From positions 32,001 through 96,000 of the forward strand of contig JAYTOU010000093.1 of the NCBI GenBank assembly GCA_043747615.1: a stretch of DNA of 64,000 nt, in the 5' to 3' direction. Below, one piece after another: positions 59,226 through 64,000 of the stretch. Made by a program: the position numbers and the translations under genes. The notes under the pieces were generated by a model that was not told the origin of the DNA, did no database searches, and saw nothing but the letters and a program-made list of their open reading frames with translations. Positions within the stretch are counted from its first letter, which is position 1; each line of letters begins with the position of its first letter. The DNA comes from Myxococcales bacterium (lineage in GTDB: Bacteria; Myxococcota_A; Polyangia; Polyangiales; Polyangiaceae).

Positions 59226-59270
59226 AAATCGCGGGTTTGCGCCGCGCGGTCCTTCGCTTGATGTGGAACC

Positions 59271-60311
59271 CTACTTGGGGATCTTCACGATGCCCGTCGC
59301 GGTGGTCACATAGATGGCGTCGCCGGCGGCGATGTTGAGCGCCGAGCCCAGACCGGAAGCAACGACGCTCGCTACCCCGCCGCCGAGAGGGGCACGGATC
59401 ACTTCTCCGTCGGCGCCTGTCGTCCAGAACAGATTCGCGCTGTCGAACGCGAGGCGCACCGCATGCGGCTGCTGTACGGCAAGCGCAACCGTCGTGCCGC
59501 CGCCGGTGGGGAGAGAAAAGATCTTCGCCGCACCCGCGTTCGGCGCGTCGAGCGTCCAGTAGACATGGCCGGCAGTGACTGCCACATCGCCCAGCGTCCC
59601 GCCGTTCGTCGACCACAGAGCTTCGGCAGGCCCACCGGTGAGGACCACGCGGTAGAGAACGCCGCCGGCGAGGGTCGCCCCGACGAAGTAGGCGTACCGG
59701 GAGTCGATCACCATGCCGGACGGGGTGAAATCGCCGACGACCGTGGTCACCGAAAACGGCGGGCCAGCACCTAGCGGCACGCGATCGATGGACACTCCGC
59801 CGCTGGGGAATGTACTTGCAACATACACATATATTCCATCACTGGCGATGGCCGTCGGGGCCTGCAGCGGGCCGGAAATCTGCGTGGCGACGCTGACCGA
59901 CGCGTCGAGCTTGAAGACGGCACCGGCCTGCGCGGTGCTCCCGAGATCGATCCACACGAGGGCGCCGTTGACGAGGAGGAGCTCGGTCGGGAGCGCAGGA
60001 CCACCGACGATCTGAGCGACCGCTCCGCCCGCCTTTGGCACACTCGAGATCGTGCCTGCCGTGCCGCCGTCGCCCGACCCCGCTCCGGAGGTGAAGAACA
60101 CCTCGCTCGCCGACAGAGCAATGCCGCGCGGCGAGGGGACGTTGTCGACCAACGCTTCCCCGGTGCTGCCGCCTTCGCCCCTAGACGCGTCCGTGCTCGA
60201 TGACCCGCCCGCCGAGGGGTTCGGTGCTTGGTTGAGGGTCGGCGGCCGCGACGCATTGCTGCAAGACACAAGAGCGCCCGCGACCGCGAGTGCAAGAACG
60301 AGGACGCGCAT
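59271..60311 (-). CDS. Beta-propeller lipoprotein
   Basis: LVSC lipobox; about 7 repeats of P..IA.D...(V/L)(Y/F)W....(P)..GG. Confidence 0.8.
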   Translation of the reverse strand: MRVLVLALAVAGALVSCSNASRPPTLNQAPNPSAGGSSSTDASRGEGGSTGEALVDNVPSPRGIALSASEVFFTSGAGSGDGGTAGTISSVPKAGGAVAQIVGGPALPTELLLVNGALVWIDLGSTAQAGAVFKLDASVSVATQISGPLQAPTAIASDGIYVYVASTFPSGGVSIDRVPLGAGPPFSVTTVVGDFTPSGMVIDSRYAYFVGATLAGGVLYRVVLTGGPAEALWSTNGGTLGDVAVTAGHVYWTLDAPNAGAAKIFSLPTGGGTTVALAVQQPHAVRLAFDSANLFWTTGADGEVIRAPLGGGVASVVASGLGSALNIAAGDAIYVTTATGIVKIPK

Positions 60312-60320
60312 GGCCGTAGT

Positions 60321-62000
60321 CTACTTCGTTGCGTTCGCTATCGCTTCTGCGGTGTGTGCGCGCTCTTCGGCTTGGGCCTTGTCGGTCGCGTTCGTGAGGC
60401 GGGCTGAGGCGGCGTGGAACCTCCGCGCTACATCCAAAAAGTAGGGCGCTCGGGCACCTTCCGGCGGCGCCGTACCTAGGAGAAGCGCCGCGTCGAAAGC
60501 CGCCATGCCCGCATATTTTCCGGGTGAATCGGCGATCGCATCCAGCGCTTCGACTTGGCGAATGTTGAGCGCGTAGGGGCTCGGTGCGTGCATCATTTCC
60601 ACGGCATCTTTTGGCCCGGCGCGGAGGGCCATTGCCACGGCCAAGACAAGCGTTGCCTCTTCGCTTCGATGGCGCGCAGCGTCCCCAGCGACGGATATCG
60701 CGGCCGCACGCTCGAAATCTATGGCTCGCCAATACGTTTTTCCGAGCTCGAGGCGAGCGCGCGCGTAGAGCTCGCGTCCGCCTGCCGGAAGCGCATCGAA
60801 GAGCCCTGCCGGGTCGACGAGCGCCGCGCGCATCGGTGCAGGCACTCCGCGATCGAGGAGCGCACGAAGGACTTTCTCGTCCGACACGACTTTCGGCTCG
60901 AGCAAGATCGCGGCGTAGAACGTGGGCAACGTTGCCGCCAGCTGCTCGGTCTGCGAGACGGGCTTGGCATCGGCGAGAGGCGGAAGAAGGAGCGCGTCGA
61001 GGGCGTCGATGCGCCTGCCTGCGTAGAGCTTGCCGAGCAGCACGCGGGCCCGTTCTACCCGCGCATCGTACAGCGCGCCGATCGATGCGAACTCCCGGAG
61101 GCCGATGAGCGCCGCGTCGCGCCCGCGATCTTTTCTGGGATCGAGCACCTGGTCGAGCGAAGCGAAGTAGGCGGCCTTGAGCTCCTCGTCCTTCGCGAAC
61201 TCCGTGGGAAGGGGCAGCTCTCGAACGCGTTCGACGAACCGCATATCTGCAAGCCCAGCCTCCACCGCGACGATGGCTTTTCCGTACGACGCGAGCTTCG
61301 AGCCCGCGCGCGAGATCTCATCGATGGCCTTCGCTTGGCCGGAAATCCAGATACGGAGAGGCCCGCGGATGTACTCGATCACCCGGGCTTTGTCGTAGGG
61401 CGGCAAGAGAGACGGAGCTTTGGTGACCGTCCTCGCCAGGCGCGCGGCGAGCGATTGACCCACGAGCGCGTGCTGGACGTTGCCCGCGATCGCCGTTCCT
61501 TTTGTGGAGAGCAAGGGCTCAACGACGACGTCAGCACACTCCACCGGGGCGAGATCCCCACGCAGCGCACGAACGAGACCTGCAGGCATACCGGGAGCCG
61601 TCTCGAGCGCGACGAGGAGTGCGTCGCGTTTTCCAACGTCCGTCTCGCGGAGCGCGAGGACCAGAGCAGCGAGGGACGCGTCTGCTTCCTTCGGCGCAGC
61701 ACCGGACGATTTGCGCGCAGCAAAGGCTGCGCAGGTCGCGGGCGGAGGCGTTACGCCATCCGCGGCCCTCGCTGCGACCAAGGAAGCGAGGTCGACCGCG
61801 GGAGGGTCGCCGCTCGGAAAAACCTCGTCGTTCGCGGAGACGACGCCGATATCGAAGGGAGAACGTGGCACCGTCGGTGTCGGGGCTTCGGGACGAGCCA
61901 CCGCCTGCGAGGCAATGTGCGCTGGCTGTAAAGGTGCGCCGCCGCACGCGAGAACAACGAGGGGAAGCGCCAGGGAGAGCGCACGAACGAGACGCTGCAT
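60321..62000 (-). CDS. Hypothetical alpha-helical lipoprotein
   Basis: MQRLVRALSLALPLVVLAC lipobox; long helical body. Confidence 0.75.
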   Translation of the reverse strand: MQRLVRALSLALPLVVLACGGAPLQPAHIASQAVARPEAPTPTVPRSPFDIGVVSANDEVFPSGDPPAVDLASLVAARAADGVTPPPATCAAFAARKSSGAAPKEADASLAALVLALRETDVGKRDALLVALETAPGMPAGLVRALRGDLAPVECADVVVEPLLSTKGTAIAGNVQHALVGQSLAARLARTVTKAPSLLPPYDKARVIEYIRGPLRIWISGQAKAIDEISRAGSKLASYGKAIVAVEAGLADMRFVERVRELPLPTEFAKDEELKAAYFASLDQVLDPRKDRGRDAALIGLREFASIGALYDARVERARVLLGKLYAGRRIDALDALLLPPLADAKPVSQTEQLAATLPTFYAAILLEPKVVSDEKVLRALLDRGVPAPMRAALVDPAGLFDALPAGGRELYARARLELGKTYWRAIDFERAAAISVAGDAARHRSEEATLVLAVAMALRAGPKDAVEMMHAPSPYALNIRQVEALDAIADSPGKYAGMAAFDAALLLGTAPPEGARAPYFLDVARRFHAASARLTNATDKAQAEERAHTAEAIANATK

Positions 62001-62020
62001 GACCCGCGATCTACCACGAT

Positions 62021-63955
62021 TCAGCGGGGAACCTCGATGATCCGGAGTGTGCGACGCAGGGTGTTCGTGGCGTCGACCCCTTCGGCTTCCGACGTCCACA
62101 GCTGCTGCTTTGCAGCCGCGAACCCCTTGCGCACGAGCTCGCGTCGCCTCGTAACTTCCGTCGGCGCGGCGGCTTCGTCGAGTGGCAGATTGAGCACAGC
62201 GGCGCGCGCCAAGATCCCCGCGTCGCGGCCAAGCGCGGTGCGCCAGGTGGGTGTTGATCCGAAGCTTCCCATGAACGAGCTGACCCCGGGATCGATCTTG
62301 TCGGCTCCCGCGTCGCCGCTTCTCGAGACGAGTACCGGGATGACGCCCGCAGACGCGCTGAGCACGCGGGCGGGAAGACCACGCTCGACGCCGCCTGCGG
62401 CTTCGAGGGTGAGAGCGATCAAGCCACCACGCAACTGACCAATTTCATGAAGCGCTTCGCGCGAGCAGCTCTCGGATCCCGAGATCAGCCAGGTGCGAAA
62501 GCCTGCTTTTTCCCATACCGCGAGAGGAAAACGCGACTCACCAGGGCGCATGGCGTCGAGGTCGCAGCTGACGGGCTCGAAGAGCGTGAGACCCTTGCGG
62601 CCTCCGAACGCGGTGGCGACGTCGCGGATGGTTTCGCGATCGGAGATGATGGCCACTTTGCTTTCCCGACGAGCGACGAGCGCCTCGGCCAGCGCGTTGA
62701 GGACGTTGGCGTTGGGCTCGCCGAGCACGAAGGCGAAGTGCGCTGGGCGAGGAGCGAGAGGCTCCGAAAGAATGACCACGGGGACAGCACTCCGCTCCGA
62801 CCAGCGCATCGCCGCATCGACGCTCGTGGGATCGAAGCCCGCGATGATGATCGCCGCGCCATCTCCAGCGAGATCCTCCAGGATGGGCTCGACGGCATCG
62901 TCGCTCCCTCCGCGATCGCGGGTGATGAGGCGGGTGCCGTCGCCCGCCGCTGGGTTGCTTCGAGGGAGGTTGAGCGCCCAGGCCACGCCGCGCGTTACGT
63001 CGGCAGCAGCGTCGCGCATCGCCGGCGATCCGATCGGCAAAACAAGGCCGATCGTGCGCCCGGAGACCGCGGTCACGCCGTGATGACGCGTGGCGAGCTC
63101 GCTCACCATGAGCCCCGCGTCGAGCCCGAGGAACGGCGCTCCCGCGGCGGGATCCACCAGCCACTGCGCGAGGCGGGTGTCCCCTTTTTCGATGGCGACG
63201 GCTGCGAGGCGCGTAGCGATGAGGCGCTGGATCTCCACGCCGCGGTGACCGTTGCGGCGCATCGATCGCAGCGTCCCTTCCAACACCTCGGGTTTCATTT
63301 TCGAGAGCGCCAGCGGGACCTTCAGGCGAGCCCGGTCTTTTTCGTCTTCGTCCGCGTAGCGGAGCCACGTGTCCATGTACGCGATGGCTTCGTAGTCGTG
63401 GTGGGCTTCAAAGGCGTCGAGCGCGATCTCTTCCTGAAAGCGCTCACGAGCGTCGAGGTCGACGATTTTTCCTGCGAGGGGCTCGAGGAGCTGGAACGCC
63501 TCCTCCGCTCGACTTTTCTGACGAAGCGCGCGAGCCTGAGCGACCATGGCAAAGTCGCGCGTTGCGCCGTAAGGAAGCGTGGCCAGCATCGCGAGCTGCT
63601 CGTCTGCCGCGGCGAAGTTTCCTCCGTCCATGAGAAGAAAGCAGAGATACACGCGCGCGAGAGGCGCTAAGCCGTCATCGGGAAACTTGCGAACGAAGCG
63701 CTCGATGCGCAGACGCAGCTCCGACCGCGCTTTGTCGATGTTGCCCCACTCCTGAAGAATGAGATGAAATTCGATCGCCGCCTCGGGGGTGCTGGCGAGC
63801 GTGGCGGATGGCTTCGGTCCGCGCGTTCCCCCGCCGCACGCCGCGCCCATCACGAGAGCGAAACCGGCGAGGGAGGCGCCAACGAACGCGCCAAAAATCG
63901 CGCGTTTTCCCGCGAAATAACGCAGCTTTCTGGTGGGGCGATCGCTTGACGGCAC
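62021..63955 (-). CDS. TPR + periplasmic-binding-protein-fold lipoprotein (LpoA/LppC-like)
   Basis: GAAC lipobox; TPR-like region (F..KFP...LA..A); IGLVLP.G, ALG.DA typical of type 1 PBP fold. Confidence 0.7.
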   Translation of the reverse strand: MPSSDRPTRKLRYFAGKRAIFGAFVGASLAGFALVMGAACGGGTRGPKPSATLASTPEAAIEFHLILQEWGNIDKARSELRLRIERFVRKFPDDGLAPLARVYLCFLLMDGGNFAAADEQLAMLATLPYGATRDFAMVAQARALRQKSRAEEAFQLLEPLAGKIVDLDARERFQEEIALDAFEAHHDYEAIAYMDTWLRYADEDEKDRARLKVPLALSKMKPEVLEGTLRSMRRNGHRGVEIQRLIATRLAAVAIEKGDTRLAQWLVDPAAGAPFLGLDAGLMVSELATRHHGVTAVSGRTIGLVLPIGSPAMRDAAADVTRGVAWALNLPRSNPAAGDGTRLITRDRGGSDDAVEPILEDLAGDGAAIIIAGFDPTSVDAAMRWSERSAVPVVILSEPLAPRPAHFAFVLGEPNANVLNALAEALVARRESKVAIISDRETIRDVATAFGGRKGLTLFEPVSCDLDAMRPGESRFPLAVWEKAGFRTWLISGSESCSREALHEIGQLRGGLIALTLEAAGGVERGLPARVLSASAGVIPVLVSRSGDAGADKIDPGVSSFMGSFGSTPTWRTALGRDAGILARAAVLNLPLDEAAAPTEVTRRRELVRKGFAAAKQQLWTSEAEGVDATNTLRRTLRIIEVPR

Positions 63956-64000
63956 CTGAGGCTTCTCCTACTCCATTAGCAGAGTGGCGGATAACCCATC

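Noticed and set aside
1..64000. CRISPR arrays, tRNA/rRNA, IS/integrase/prophage, defence or toxin-antitoxin systems
   Set aside because: No spaced repeats, cloverleaf motifs or such protein signatures seen by eye; intergenic gaps are short and composition looks uniform. An Rfam/tRNAscan run would be needed to exclude small RNAs

Overview
GC-rich, gene-dense bacterial chromosome segment that looks myxobacterial (Myxococcota, probably Polyangiales). That placement is inferred from the many lipoproteins with DAG-rich linkers, a TIGR02266-like PilZ protein and a receiver/DUF4388/J-like protein. About 55 CDS are supported. Housekeeping and metabolism: HU, purB, fadJ/fadI, tdk, ppk1, an rsmG-like gene, an Fmt-like gene and a ClpA/C-type ATPase. 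Regulation: a PhoB/PhoR-like pair whose kinase gene is translationally coupled to an alkaline-phosphatase-superfamily membrane enzyme and a di-heme cytochrome c-rhodanese fusion, a ChvI/ChvG(CreBC)-like pair, and TetR with an RND pump. Envelope: an OprO/P-like porin, a transpeptidase-only PBP, a peptidase-propeller-Omp85 fusion, an AmgK-like kinase, an LpoA-like lipoprotein and an SPFH lipoprotein. I saw no rRNA, tRNA, CRISPR array or mobile element. The most notable signals are: the Pho-linked cytochrome c-rhodanese operon with candidate Pho boxes; a perfect cre-tag (TTCAC-N6-TTCAC) between the PBP and an uncharacterised membrane-protein pair; an orphan Flp-pilin/Gly-rich/C-terminal TM fusion; repeated leaderless-type -10 elements; a sigma54-type promoter before the SPFH operon; several degenerate signalling domains; and a frameshifted M28-like remnant. 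All family calls come from motif recognition by eye, not database searches.
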